From: Eledone cirrhosa
Taxonomy: Eukaryota
Direction: 5' to 3'
NCBI GenBank assembly: GCA_964016885.1
Contig: OZ024743.1
Coordinates: 188,480,001-188,544,000 of the forward strand
Length of the DNA: 64,000 nt
Part shown: piece after piece, positions 38,101-55,784 of the stretch
How positions within the stretch are numbered: the first letter of the stretch is position 1
Layout: every line of letters begins with the position of its first letter
The notes under the pieces: model-generated
Told to the model about the DNA's origin: nothing
Seen by the model: only the letters and a program-made list of their open reading frames with translations
Databases searched by the model: none
Position numbers and translations under genes: made by a program

Positions 38101-41100
38101 TGTATGTTTGAGAGTAAGTATATATCTTAGAAATTTAGTCTATTTAACTTAATGGTTTTTATGAATGTTAGTATTTTAATTGTTATGCTGTTATTCAATA
38201 TTTGTTTCAAGATTTTATTCATTGGGGAGAAAAAATCCGCCATTCATTCTATTACGATATTGAAATTAAAATGGATGAAACTTAATCCAATTTTCTTTTT
38301 TAAGTGCCTTTCTAATTTGCATTTCCAGTGAGTCCTTTTTTTTTAAAAATTGTAATTTGATTTCATTACAAGATTGTCTGTATTTTGCTCTCTTTGATTT
38401 TATGTCTCAATTTTATAAAATCAACCTATCTGTATGTATGTACATATGTATGTACATATGTATGTATCTATGGATATATGGGTGGACAAATGGTAAATAA
38501 ATTATATACTTTAATTAAGTATAATGTGAATAGTAAATTTTATTCTCATAACATTTATATTAACCAACAACGCCCAAACTAGATCATCATCACAGTCATC
38601 AGTATCTACTTCATTCAATTTTGCTGGTGGAAATGTTACCACTACAGCTGTAGTCTACAACATTATCATCATTATCAGAAAGCCAACAAGAGTTTCTCTA
38701 TGTAGTTGCTTCACCTTCTAGAAATAGTAACTAAATCTCCACCACATTTCGCCTTACTATCTTCAAAAGAAAGAATGATGCGTTGGCTAATGTAGTCCTA
38801 GAACCTATATCTAGCTAATATTTATTCATTATATACCTGTACTATTAAGCTTGATCTTCAGGTAAGCAACTTTCATAGTCTTATACTTTATTTCGTTTAC
38901 TTGCATTAGCATCTTTTAATGTCTGCTTTCCCTATGAGCTAGAATTGATTCATCTAATACCATTAGGCTTGCCAAGAAGTATATGACAGATGTGGGTATA
39001 ATTGTAGAATTAAGGATAGGCGTGTGCCTTAATAAAATGTTGTTGGTTCACAATGACATTTAATACAACAATCTATGCGACATGTAGTTCTTGTACGTGT
39101 TGTATTTAAGTAAATTAGATAGAACATTGATGGCTTTTTACATTAAGACATTTGAAAAAACCCTAAAATTATATATATGTGAGATATGATATATTAATGC
39201 ATAAGAACAGTAACAATAAAGACATGGTGATAGCATAAACAAAATGATTAAAAAATTGACAAATACAAAAATAAGTTAAGAAAGATAAAGAGAGAAGAAA
39301 AATAATAATAAATGTTTCTAAATTAAGCACAAGTTCAGCAATTTTGGGTTGGAGAACAGTTAATTACATGAACCCCAGTAATTGAATCTTACTCTATTTT
39401 ATTGATACTAGAAGAATGGAAAGCAAAGTTGATCTCAGTGGGATTTGAAGTTGCTCAAATGAAGTAGCTTACAAATACATATACATGTCTCTTCTCACTG
39501 TCTTTTATATAAAAGGTGCCTTTGAATAGCTCACTCATAAACACAATTCTGAAATGGTTTTATTTCATACAGTATGTATCCAGTGTCAGGAAAGGCATTT
39601 GGCTATTGCCTCAAAACATCCCGTCCAAATCATGCCAGCATGGAAATGTCAACATAAAAACGACTACTATGATGATGATGTGTGTCTCAAAGCAAAACGC
39701 ATTTTATTATCAAAATATATGCTTTTTCTGCTCCCAAATAAAACAGGAAAAGGAATGACGAATTGAACAGGTTAGTTCTAGATATATTCAAATCTGAGCT
39801 GGTCAAGGATTGAGGACCTTTGAGCATGAATCTGTTTGTGAAGTTGACTGGTGACTAACTAAACAACAACAGATCGATATATAAAACCAGGACATCACTT
39901 CTGCATTTTGTCCATATACTAGCCATTTATTAATCACCAGCTGGGTCCACCTAGCTCTAAGTATGTTACATCATGGTGTAGTTCATTACTAAAAACAGCA
40001 GCATCACAGCAAAACTGACAGGAATTGCAAAGACAAAAATGATTCAGAAACTAATGATATAAACAATTGTCTAGGTTGAGTGCATCACAAGGTATTGTTA
40101 GAATGGAACTATATAAGGAAATAAATTTAGTCCTACTTGAAGATAATTAGTAATATCGAATATTTATAGATTCTGCGCAAACCAAGCAGAAAGCATCCCA
40201 ATTTGATTCTATTAGAAATTAGGAAATTAAATAGGTTCAAATTCTTAATACATTTATCCTCGGAACTGCATGTCTTCTAAGGATTTTAACCTCAGAATTA
40301 CTTTACAATTTATATAAATATATTACCATGTACAGAATTAATGGATTTTCTGCATGGCGTATTGCATAATTATTGTCAATTAAATAATCTTGAAATATGA
40401 AATCAAATTCCTGCATTAGCACAGAACAATATAAATGATGGTGAATGGAATAGTTGATTTAAAAGAGTTTAATAAATGATCTGGTTTTGTCATGACTGAA
40501 ACACCATTGGTCTCCAATTCTCAGCCAGCCCTATAATTCTTCAGTATCCACATCTGCTTTGGTCAGTATTTTTGTATATCAGTCATATCTACTCTTTATT
40601 TCCCACACTTTACTTTTCTTTCTCACATTACTTTATTTTTGTTGGTTTATCTAAATAAAATTTTCTGAAATTTTTATATATTATTGAATTTACTACTAGA
40701 TTAATTGTGGAGAACGTAGACAGTTTCTGATGAAGTTCTCAACAACGATTGAAATTTGGGTCAATGTGTTCATCTTTTTTAATCTATAGAGAAATATATA
40801 AGAGATAAACAAACTCATGTATAAACACACACACATACATATAATAATATTTACATACATACATACTCACATACTCACACATATATACATATGTGTATAC
40901 ACACACAAATATATGTGAAACGTCAATGAGAAAAAACAACACAGAACAATACAGCACAATGATGATATATATATCTTACTTTAATGCTTAATTTAGTAGG
41001 ATGAGTATCATAACGTTTTGGACGTTAGTCACTCATCACAAAACAGATTAAGATGTATACATACATTTAAAGGGGACCCTTTGGTAACAAAAATTATGGT

Positions 41101-41519
41101 AACAAATTTGCCAACAGACAGTTTTCAATAAGAAATAAGAGAATTAAAATTAAGGTCATAAGCATTCCTTTACTCTTACTCATATTCGTTTTGTGCAAAG
41201 GAATATTAATGTTCTACTTGACTAGCCTTTAAATTCATTTGGTTTCACTTTACAGTTGATGTTTGTCTTCTATGCATATATTTTGTACCCTTTAATGAAT
41301 TGGTAACTGGTGAATAAGTTCACACTCTTCTATTAATAGTAACTATCAAGTAATACAAAATGTACGTAAGCTAAATGATAAATTAGAAGCCAATCTTTTT
41401 TCTTTATGCTTATTCACTGTATTTATTTTACAATAATTACATTGTTCTTTTATCATTATATGCATTTAGTTGGGGAAGAGCCTGCACTGAGAATATACTA
41501 GCTAAGATAAGAACAGGAT

Positions 41520-42045
41520 GGAAAATGTTCAGAGAGTTACTACCTCCATTGACAGCAAAAAATGAAAGGCTGGCTGTATGATGCATGTATACTTAGGGCA
41601 ATGTTGCATGGTAGTGAAACATGTACAATGAACACATAGGATATGTAAGGGCTGGATAAAAATGAAGTATGCATGATTTAATCGATGTGCAATGTTAATA
41701 TATGTGAAAAACAAAGCATAGATGAGCTGAGAAAGGGAGTTTGGATATAAGAGAAATTAAATATAGTGTGCAAGAGAGAAGACTGTGCTGGTGCATCCAT
41801 GTGATGTGTATGGATAATGAGCATTGGCTGAAGAAGTGCCAAGAAATCCCAGTGGAAAGGTGATACTGTAGAATGAGACCAAGGAAGACCTGGGAAAAAC
41901 TTGTCTGAGCTAAACTCAAATCATTGAATCTCAAAGAGGAGATGATGAAGGACCAAGATGACTGGAGAGATGATGTGCTGAAAGAAACTGTCCAACCTAT
42001 GCAAGCATAGAAAAGCAGACATAAAACGGTGATGGTGATGATGAT
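41520..42045 (+). mobile_element. Degraded RTE LINE 3' end
   Basis: 'aaaatgaaaggctggctgtatgatgcatgt...catggtagtgaaaca', 'agaccaaggaagacctggg', (GAT)n tail. Confidence 0.8.
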
Positions 42046-42546
42046 TAATTTTATCTATAACTTGAATCTTATTATATTTTAAATGATGCTTTGGGTGTAG
42101 ACTGTTAATTTAGTTTGAAGTTTGGAAATAAATTGCCCTTAAATATAAAGTTTAATTGGTGTGGCAACAAATAAATACTTGTGGTAATCAATGAGATTCT
42201 AAAATAAATTAGATTAATTGTCAAAGTGCCCACTGTAAAGTAAAAAAAACAAACTTACAGCCATCACTCATAATGAAGTATGACTTAGTATGGACTATGC
42301 CCACACTAAGTGGTTTAGGTGCCTATGCAATCATGAGCAGATTCAAACATGCTCTTGACCCCTTTCCCTTAATCTAGTGGGTATGGCAGTTGGAAGGAGA
42401 GAAGGCTGCATCAACATTAAGCTGCTGCTTTTTTTTTATTGAGTCTGAAGAATAAAAGGTAAAGTACTGCCCAGCATGATTTGAATTCACAATACAGAGA
42501 CTTGAACCCAGAACCAATGCTCTAACAACTCTGCCAAATCACACAC

Positions 42547-42582
<36 letters not shown>

Positions 42583-42584
42583 TC

Positions 42585-42898
42585 CCTGTAAAGTGATCAT
42601 GTTGGTAACATAACAAAAAGCACCCGATCCACCCTGAAAGGTGGTCGTGCTGGTGACATGAAAAAGTAGCCAGTCCAACCTATCAGATGGTCGTTTTGGT
42701 TCCACAATAAAAAGCACCCTGTCAACACTTTAAATGTGGTTGGTGTTACGAAGGGTATCCAGCAATGGAAACACAGCACCAAGCAGTTCTGAATGAGCAA
42801 GACATGGTCAACTGATCTGACTTGTCCCTCAATGAGACAATTCAACTAACTCATGCTAGCATGAATAATGGACGTTGAACAATGATAATGATGATGAT
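42585..42898 (+). mobile_element. RTE 3' tail fragment
   Basis: 48-bp unit remnants and 'ggacgttgaacaatgataatgatgat'. Confidence 0.7.
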
Positions 42899-45800
42899 AC
42901 ACACATTCAACTAAATCTTTAAATGATTTGAACACACAAAGAAGACAATTGTAGCTACATATTCTGTAGAAGTGTTATCATTTTTAGACAACCACATAAG
43001 AAAGGTGATATAAAGAATTTTCATTAATATGCATTAGGTTGAATCAAAATTCACAGTAGATTATATTTGAAGATTTATATAGTAAGCTTAACACAGAAAA
43101 AACAACAACAAATGGTGATTCATATATGTGAGAAACACCTATTATTATGTTCAGCATTTTCTGTAATTGGCAAGGGAGTTATATCAACCTCTATGAAATT
43201 TGGTTTTCTTCCAATTAAATTGGATCAAAGTTGCATGCTGCTATTTCCATGCTACCATTGAAATATTTGAAATTTTATCACTTTGTATTTTTGTAATAAT
43301 ATATAAAAAGACATGAGCATGATTCTCAACACAGATTTCATGTATCAAAAAATGTTAATCACTTGCATGTAACGAGAACAATGTTTACTAGGGAATGAAG
43401 GTATATTCAGTCGCATTTCATTGCATTACATTACCAGTTAATATTATATTATACGTTTAGGACATGAAATACAATTTAGTGTTAGTATTTAATTTTAATT
43501 AACAGGGATGAAAATTAAAAAAGGTGTTGTTTAGTTTCTGAACTATACCATTTCTATTAACTTCACCTTTGTTTAAGACATTATTGATGGGTCATTGTGG
43601 GCTCTGTAAGCCATAGTGAAGGAAACCCATCTAACAGAGTAAATACTCCAAATAAAAACTGATACAGGGTAGAGAGGAATTTTAAGTCCAGTAAAACAAC
43701 CTCTATAGTGCTGGTAGCATGAATAATTTACCCAGTCCATGCTGTAAAGTGGTTGGTGATAGGAAGAGCATCCATCCAGAAAATCCCAACCAAAATATGA
43801 AAAGCATGACCAATATGATTCTGACTAATTGAATATACAGGGCTGACACTAGACATATTAGTGTTGTGTATGGTAGTAGGGTGGCTAGAGTAGGCATATA
43901 TGAGAACCCCTCAGCCATCATCAAGCAATCGCACAACCACATTCCCTTTGAGGTAGATAGAACGTCTACCCAAGGAAGTAACAACAACTGTCAAAGTACA
44001 AATCTCAAGACAACCACCCTCAATGCTGGCATGCTGTAAATCAGGTGAAATTGTTAGAGAGAAGAGAATTAGGTGTATACTGTGTAGAAGTGAGATCGAC
44101 GGGTGCCTAAATAATTCTCCCTACTCTATATTATCTCTTCATTTGCAAATTACTTTACAGAGGGAATTAGGTGCATTTTAATCATGACCCCAGCACTAGA
44201 GAAGTTGTCTTATTCCCTGCAAAGTTAAAGGGTCCTTTCTACTTTTTATTGTTTCCTTTCATTCAAGACAAACATAACAGAGAAAGTAAATAGACAAGCA
44301 TGAGTAAGAGTGTGATAAATGAGATAGAATAATAGGATTGAGAGGGTGGTTGAGGAGGGAGTAATGGAACAGAGACTGTGATAGAAAGCTATATTTTGAG
44401 AGAAGACAGAGCAATAAAATTAACTATAAGGGCAATGGGGAAATGATAGTGATGGGAGTAATGGATGTGTGTGAAAAGAGTGATGTATCACCCAAATATG
44501 ATAGAGGAAAGACTAATATGACAGAGGGATTAGAAAATTGAAGTGTTAATACCTTTCAAAATAATATATAAATAATAATAAAGGAATAAAATCAGATATA
44601 TACATAGCTTCTCCCAGATAATGAAAATAATTATGTATAGTATTAAGACAGTTATAACTTATAATCCAGGATTACTTTCTAGCTAAAGGTTTTAGATGTT
44701 CAAGTAGTTGCAAAATTACACAGACAAAGTCTCAATGCTCCCATCATTGACTCAGTGGAATATCTTTATCTATTGTCCTTTATGTTATAGATAAATGCAT
44801 ATCATCATTTGAATTCAATAGCTAGTTAAATTGATACCCAAACCTAAATTACATGTTCCAGCAATTTATGCTATTTAATAAAGTTGAACAATTAAGAAAC
44901 CCACATAATATGAGAAAAAGCAAACTAATGAGGAAGTTTCTATGTAATCTCTCTATCTGCTCAATAAAGTTAGAAAATATCCCTTAAATAGCGTCTTACA
45001 ATCTTCAATGCTACTATGCTAGTATTACATGATTTGAGTTCTAATCTCAGGAGAAAAAAACTCAGAATGAAAACCTCAACTAAACACGTAAATGAGATCT
45101 ACTGTTTGACCAGTAACCATTAAGTTACATGTTTGCACAAATACATATATCCTAAACTATTGAACAGCCACAGAAATATTGAAAACATTGACGATAAAAA
45201 ATATCATTATGAATATTTTGAAATAAATCTTTTTTTTTAAATTTAACAATTTATCATAGTAATTTTTTCAAATTGGAAATGGAGTTTAAAAACAAACAAG
45301 CAGCACTGCAGAAATTAAATTAATATCTAAGTAATTAAGCTGATAATGTTTAAATCAGCTGTCAGATTTTTTTCTTTATTTTAGATATAATTTATATCAT
45401 ATTCATTTATATCACATTTATTATGATCTGTTCCTTTTTAAATTAAAAGCTATAAAGAAGAAATAGTATGTTATATATATATAAACCCTTTTATATGTCT
45501 ATACTTCTAGATCATTATATGTTATTTGTTTCCTTCTCCAAGTGCACAATATATATTGTTATATCACTAGATTGCTTACAACAGCAAGAAAAATCCCTGT
45601 CCCACAAATTGATCCACACTAAATTAATGCTGCAGCAAATGGTGACAGCAGCAAGAATTTATCATAAAACATCAGTAGGCTTACAGCAAATAGACTTTTA
45701 TGTGGATGAGAAATAAGATGTGGTAGTATCAAATTTGGTCAACTTCATTCAGAAATGGCCACATCACTTCAGTGGTGTATTATTATCATAATATCCTGCC

Positions 45801-47984
45801 ATGTTCCATGGAATATCTAATTAGATTAAAAAATCTGCCCTTCCAATTTTGTTAGCAGTGAAAAGTGTCTTTGCCAGTCAATGTTCGTTGTTAACTTTCA
45901 GAAATGTGGGTGATAGGTGTCTATTCTTAGCATGTGCTTGTAGTAACAAAACTTCAAGAAAGCAATTGCCTTTTATAATTAGAGTAATTTGAGTTAATGG
46001 GTATTAATCTTGAAGTGTAATGTTGTGTGAGTTGTATTGTTTTATTTTATTGGACATTTATTGTATAGGGTTATGTCTGAAGATTACTCTAGTTGAACAG
46101 TGTTATTGAATTGATAATATCCAACACAGGATGTAGGCTATTCTATGCAGAGTTATTTTTTGGATTGTGGATGCTGGTGTGGCTTCTATGATTTTGATGA
46201 TATATTTCTATCATACCCAGTGCTCCATTTATTATTGGCTCTGTGTTTACTTCCATACACTATCTTGTATATTTTAATTTCAAGATCCTTACATTTTGAC
46301 AATTTTTGTACATCTTTTTCATGCAATATCTTGTTCAGAAGCGATTGTGATATCTGTTAATACACATGTGCTATTTCCAATCCTTGATTAATATAGCTAG
46401 ATGGTTTGCTTTCATTTCATTATCAGTTTTTTATGGGCATATTCAAGATGTATGCAGTAGGCTGTTGTCATGGACCATGTTTGATACATATTTATATTGC
46501 TTTTTGTCCATTTTCACATTGCCTCATAGATATAGCTGCCAACTCAGTCATGTCTGTGAATATAATTAGACTTGGCAAGAATTTCGAAGATGGAAGTGAT
46601 GTAGTAAACTATCTCATTGTTCTGATTGCACATTCTACATTTGGTGTTAGGACCTCTTCTGATTGTTTTGTTTTTCAAGTTGTTTGTATACATTTATTAA
46701 ACATGTGCTGCAGGAATCACTTCTTCTATTTTTGCTTTTAGTCTGGAACTTCTGAGCCATTGTTGATTTTATTTTGGTTTACCTTTTTTCTCTCAAACCT
46801 TGCAGAGTATTGACTGTGGAGTGGGTTTTCTCTCCGTTTCTCTTTTAGTGTATTTGTAATTCTGTATTCATGTTGGTTTTTCTCTATAACCATTTTTGTT
46901 GTGTTGTTATTTAAATTTATTGTTTCATACAATTATAGTTTGGTTTTGCTTTGAACTTGATTGCTTTCTTGTTTATAAATATTTCTTTCTTTTGTTGTTG
47001 TTCTTTTTCATGTTTCCTTATTTAATTTATTAGCCTTCTTCTATTTGTATCTAAGTGATTTTTCAGTCGTTAAGGCATGTGACATCATTGTTAGAATGTT
47101 TGACTTACAATTATAAAGTTGGGAGTTTGATATCTAGTGGCACACAGATATCAAACTGATCATGTCACTTGATTGCACATTATTCCAGTTCACTCAGCTA
47201 GCAAAAATGTGCTGTATATGGAATTCAAAAGATTTAGCATTGTCACAACCCATGTCATGCTGATGTGTTAAAGTAATGCATGCTAATTTCAAGAATAAGC
47301 TGTACTGTGGATCAAATTAGCTGCAACACTCATTGTCAGAACTAATGGAAGTCCAGTACACACATATGCTTTTCCAGTGTCAATGTTGTTATTTTGTTTA
47401 GTTTTCTATTAGTGCCTGTCTCTGGTTTTCTGTGAAATGACAAGTGTCTGAGCATTCCACGGGCACATGTCTTCTTAATGCAGCTCTCAAAGAAGTTCAG
47501 CTTGACATTGTGTTTGAGAATTTTAAATAGTAGTACTGTATATACTTGAATATAAACCAACTCCACTTTTTCCACTGATTTTTTGGTCACATATACCTTG
47601 ACTTATAATCGGGCATATATGGCAATTTCTTTCTGCTGAATGGACTGGGGCAATAGGAAATAAAGCTTCTTGCTCAAGGACAATGTGCCACCAAGAATCA
47701 AAATCATGATTATACAATCAGGAGTCAAATAACTTAACTACTAAGCTATGCATTTTCGTGGAGTTAACATGGAGAAACACTAAAATAAAAACGAAACCAC
47801 CAGCTACTTCGTGATACCACCATTTGTTCACCTTCATGCTGCTGATATTTGTTCACTGTCACTGGCCAACATTCGTTTTGTGAGTCATAAACCCTGAAGC
47901 ATTTTATATTTAACTTCATATGAACTTCTTCTTTTTCTTCTTTTCCTCCTCCTTCTTCTTGCCTATTTCTCCTTCTTTTTCTCC

Positions 47985-49910
47985 TCCCCTCATCCTCCTG
48001 AGAAGGTAATTGGGGCAGAATCCTCAAACAAACTTTCCAGTGGTCCTGTCAGAAGCAACCGTCTCCAAGCGAGACCAGCCAAACTCATGGATGTTATCCA
48101 ACCATCTTGTTCAGTGTCCTCTATTGGCTTTCCTGCTGGCTGGTGTTGCCCATAAAATCTGTCTAGCCATCCTTTCCTAAGAAATTCTAATCTTATGGCA
48201 TAATATCAGAGTTGTGATCTCTCAATTCAGAGAAGTAGCAACTCTCAGATCTACAAGCTATGCACTGTATAGAATAATGTTACTCCAAAGACTCTTGTAT
48301 TCATGATTGTATTCTTTTGATCATTACTCAAGATTCATGACCATAGGTAAGCTTTTGCATGAATCCTGAACTGAAGAAAGTGAGTTTGTCTTTTACACCT
48401 ACACTAATTCTTCTGAGGACAGAATACAGAAGCTGGTGCATTACTGCAGTAGCTCCCACAATTCTTGCACTTAATTCAGCCTCCTGCCTTCCATCACTTT
48501 TGAACATGGCTCTGAGAAACTTGAACTTCTCCACCTACTTCTGTGGAACTCCATTTAGATGAAGAGTGCACTGACCAGGCTTCTTTGAGAGGACAAATGT
48601 CTCAGTCTCTGCAGCACTGATTTACATTCTTACTGTACATCACTCGGCATCAAACCTATCAAGTGCATGTTGGTGATCACCTTTTGATGTGTTAAGTAGA
48701 ACCATGTCATCTGCAAATTTTAGCCAACTGATCCTGCTTCCACCAGTCTTGATATCACTTCCAAACCAACTGCACATGTCAATTCTGTCCATGAAGATCC
48801 TTAACAGGAGAGGTGAGAGAATGCATCCATGGCACCCACACTGAATGGCTACAACTTAGCACCATTTATATGAATACAACTATTAAGGTATTCATATAGA
48901 GACATCAGGGCCAAAAGAAGCTGTCCATTGATCCCATACTCCTGCAGAACCTTCGAAAACAGTTCCTGTGGAACAAAGTCATATGCCTTTCCAATGTCTA
49001 TGAAACAAGAACACATCTCTTGGCAATACTCCCATGATTTCTCAAAGACCTGCTGTAGTGTAAATATTTGGTTGCCTGTGCTGCATCCAGGGCAAAAACA
49101 TACACTGTTCATCAGCTAGTGTGGACTTGACAATTTCTCTTCATCTCTTTACCAGGCACCTATCATAGACCCTACATAGGAGATCAAAAAGGAGACTCTT
49201 TATCAACTCAAGGAATTTGTCCTTTTTTAAAAATAAGGACTAACACTCCCAATTTCCATTGCTTTGATACCTTTCCAGTAATCCAGGCCACCTGGCACAG
49301 ATGAGTCAGTCAGAGAATACTTTCTTTATTGAAGGCTTTTAAAATCTTGATCCTAATTAATCCTCCTCATTGACCTTGCATGCAACACTTGAGTTCTTTA
49401 ATTGCTTTTGTGAAATCAGCCTCTGAGAGGTTAGTCATCACTCCCATATGCACCTTGTACATGTCAAAAGATGCTATAGTTACCAGGTTTAGGATATGGC
49501 AAGGTATGCTCTCCACTTCAAAAGGATGCACCTCGCTGAAGAGAGGAGAACCCCAGATACAAATCTGACGACAGGTGTGGAGAACGAAATTGGAAGATGG
49601 TCTGCCAGAACACTTTATTCTCTGCTCTGAAGTCAGATTCAAGCTTAACCCAAAATTCCTCTCTTATCTTAAATTTGGATGCCTTCACTCTCTCTGCTGT
49701 ACATTTTTGTGCATGCTTGTACTGCAAGAAGGAGGAATTACTTCCAAGCCAAGATTTGTAGGTCTCCTGCTTTACTCAGATGGTATCTTTGTTCCCTTTA
49801 TAGGAGCAAGGTGTCCTCCTGCCACCCAATGAGACACCAAGCCACTTTTGCTAGCAGCATTTAACTACTGAATCAGAAACTGTTGGTCAAACACGTTACA
49901 CTCATTTTCA
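47985..49910 (-). mobile_element. Degraded RTE-like LINE (second family), RT region to 3' end
   Basis: QIFTLQQVFEKSWEY...CFIDIGKAYDFVP and EKFKFL...LTYGHES fragments. Confidence 0.85.
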
Positions 49911-50250
49911 ATGTCCTACTTGTATCTGGAATTCCTCACTAAACTCTATTCCTACCCTCACTTTACTGACAGCACCTCTGTACAAATCTTGCACTGTCTT
50001 AACAAGCCATTCCTCAACACCTAGTTTCTTAGAGACCACCAGATGACAGATTGGGGTACCCTATCAAAGGCCTTCTCTAGGTCAACAGAAGATAAGTATA
50101 GTGGCTTATTCTTGTAGATGTCTTACTAAAAGGAGGGCATTTGTTGTACACTTCCCAGGCACAAAATCAGACTACATTCATCTAGTTTTACCCTTTCTCT
50201 AATTAGTTGCGCTAATATCCTTTCTGCCACTTTCATAACCTGATCCATCA
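49910..50250 (-). mobile_element. RTE LINE RT fragment
   Basis: MDQVMKVAERILAQLIRERVKLDE, homologous to 52890-52970. Confidence 0.8.
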
Positions 50251-51705
50251 TATACATATATATATATATATATACATACATATACATACATAGATACATT
50301 ATACACATGCACACATACAACTCAAAACGTACACATCCACACATACAATAACATCCATATCTACACATGCAGACATGCATACATAATCTATCTAGTTAAT
50401 GTTGTGTAAATTCCAATGAAAGAGTCTTGTAACTATGTTAGAAACTGACTCTCTCTCTATTGGTAAAATTTGTGAAATAATAAAACCAGAAGAACATACA
50501 TATATATATATAATTGTTATACTTGGGGAGGGTCATATTGTTGTAATAATATTGCCCTGAAATAATAACAAAACACACTCACTGTTTGGTTGGTTTTCGC
50601 TCGTGTATCTTTTATATCTCCACAATTAATTCATTCGGTCCTCAATGTTTACCATTGACTGACCAACGGTCAAAAATACAGATATAATATAGATATAAAC
50701 ACATATATATAGTCTAACAAAGATCTTTCGTTGCACATCTGCAACATCATCAGTGGTACTATTATGTTCCTCCTGTTGTATTGTATATCTACGTGTATAT
50801 ACATATTTACACACTTTTGGATGGCTGTTGACACTTATGAGTTCTTCCGCCCTTTGTCAGATTTTGTTTTTTGTCCTGCAGTGTGTCCAAAATCACCCTC
50901 CTCACCAACTAAACGTGATGGCGTTGCCGGTTTAGTCGCCGATGACTTGACCATGTGACAGGTTGTACTGGGTTACATGTTACCAGTAGCACTCAAGAGT
51001 GACCCAACATATACATACATACATATATAAATATATATATATATATATATAAATATTTATTAACATAAAAGATTAAAGTTTAAGCAAAGAATCTCTGCTT
51101 TCACCCTTAACGGGATCTTCTGAAACTAAAAAAATTAATCTGTGAACGCAGAAGTAAATATTTCAAAAAACGTTGCAACCGAAGGAAGACAGGAAGACGA
51201 TACTTTGATACGTGGAAATGTTCCCTGGCAAAGTACGGAAAAAAACGAAGATAATACGTCATTATTTGGAGTAGTGAAAACAATACAATCATATATACAT
51301 ATATATATGTGTGTGTGTATATATATATATATATACACATATACATATATATATATATGTGTGTGTGTCAACATGTATTATTACATGCATATATATATAT
51401 ATATATATATAATCAAAAGTAGGTAGAGGTGTTTGGGTGCGGCTCCTGTCGAATTAGATGGGATGGGTTGTATTGAAGTCGAGTGGGGAAAGATTCAATA
51501 TAAGATTTCCATTTGGAAGGAACTATCAATCTATCAATTCAATGAAGCTTTATCCGTAAAGGTTAACATTTTCAAACGTGTTCATTTTTCCACCAATCTA
51601 AACCCAATAAAAGTAAATTCCTTCTTTCATTGTAGCATTCATATCATTCAGTGAATCCATTTCTCATTTATCTATGCTATATATTACTGGAAACTATAAT
51701 CAATA

Positions 51706-51754
<49 letters not shown>

Positions 51755-51779
51755 TATTTCTGTTTACCCTTTATATATT

Positions 51780-54627
<2,848 letters not shown>

Positions 54628-54631
<4 letters not shown>

Positions 54632-55762
54632 GTAGGACCCCGAAGGCTGAGCTCAAGCCGTTTCGACGGCTTGAGCTTAGCTGTCGGGGTCGTACTCGTT
54701 CCTATTACCCACTCTACTACGCTAAGTATTGAGTACTTTGGTACGTTATGGTCCACCTGGTTCCTTACCACATTTCCTTCGTTATCTAGCTCCTATTCCC
54801 GTAGTAGAGCACTTTCCGACCCTACCACGCCGTATCCAGACTTTTCCGCTAAGCTCAAGTTCTTTCACCCGCACCATGCGAAAACACAACATCGACTTCT
54901 CTACCAAGAACATCCCAGTTCCACCGAAAAAACTTTACCTTCGGGTGCTCACGCAAAAAATCGATCTATTTGCGAAAAGACTTAGATGGAGAACTTTTTT
55001 CTACGACAGATATTGCTACAATCAGGACTTCGGTACCAAGAAGAGATTCGGATTTAATACCTACAAATCTCCCCCACCGAACCCTATGCTCTCACCCTTC
55101 GAGAATGACCTTTTCCAATTGGTCAAGAAAATTAAATTCAAACCCAGACACAATCGATTCCTACAAAAAGTCCGTAGCAACTTAACAGAGTATGATAACA
55201 CCAATGACATCATGGTGCACTCGGATAAAACTGGTAACCTCTACTTTGTCAACCTCGACAGATACCACACACTGATCAGGAGCAGCCTAAACTCCACCTA
55301 TAAAAAGGCTAACCACTCATGCATCGAGGACATAAATCGAGATGGACAACAAATTACCTCCGGGGTCGCCGACCGCACGGAACACCTGGACGCACGGACT
55401 CCCTACTTCACACTGAAGGACCACAAATCCGATTTCGACCGTAAACCTTCTATCAGGCTTATAAACCCAACGAAATCCGACATAGGGAGAATCAGCAAAA
55501 AAATCCTAGACCGCGTTATACCAAAAGTTAAGCAACACGCCAGACTTAGCCTATGGGTCAACACCCAGGAAGTAATCTCATGGTCCAGCAATATGGAGGA
55601 CAAACGAGACTCTCCTTTTCTAGAAAAGAAAAAGAGGTCTAAACGGCTTGAGCTCAGCCGTCGGGGTCCTACTCGTTCCTATTACCCACTCTACTACCCT
55701 AAGTATTGAGTACTTTGGTGCGTTATGGTCCACCTGGTTCCTTACCACATTTCCTTCGTTAT
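54628..55762 (+). mobile_element. Internally deleted Naiad-type Penelope-like element flanked by direct P1 repeats
   Basis: P1 tail at 54666-54784 and 55641-55762 bracket a PLE N-terminal ORF; short inverted arm at 54628-54665; (TA)n on both sides. Confidence 0.88.
54876..55620 (+). CDS. Penelope-like polyprotein N-terminus to start of RT (truncated)
   Basis: gcaccATG start; STKNIPVP, KRLRWRTFFY, SDKTGNLY, TLKDHK, RLINPTKSDIGRISKKILD, LWVNTQEVISW. Confidence 0.85.
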
Positions 55763-55784
55763 ATATATATATATATATATATAT

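Noticed and set aside
45700-47080. Possible old R4-like LINE relic on the minus strand
   Set aside because: Only compositional hints; no motif could be read confidently.
50968-51008. HHR-like motif on the minus strand (gggtca ctcttga...gtaa catg ta accc)
   Set aside because: Both core strands deviate and stem II does not form.
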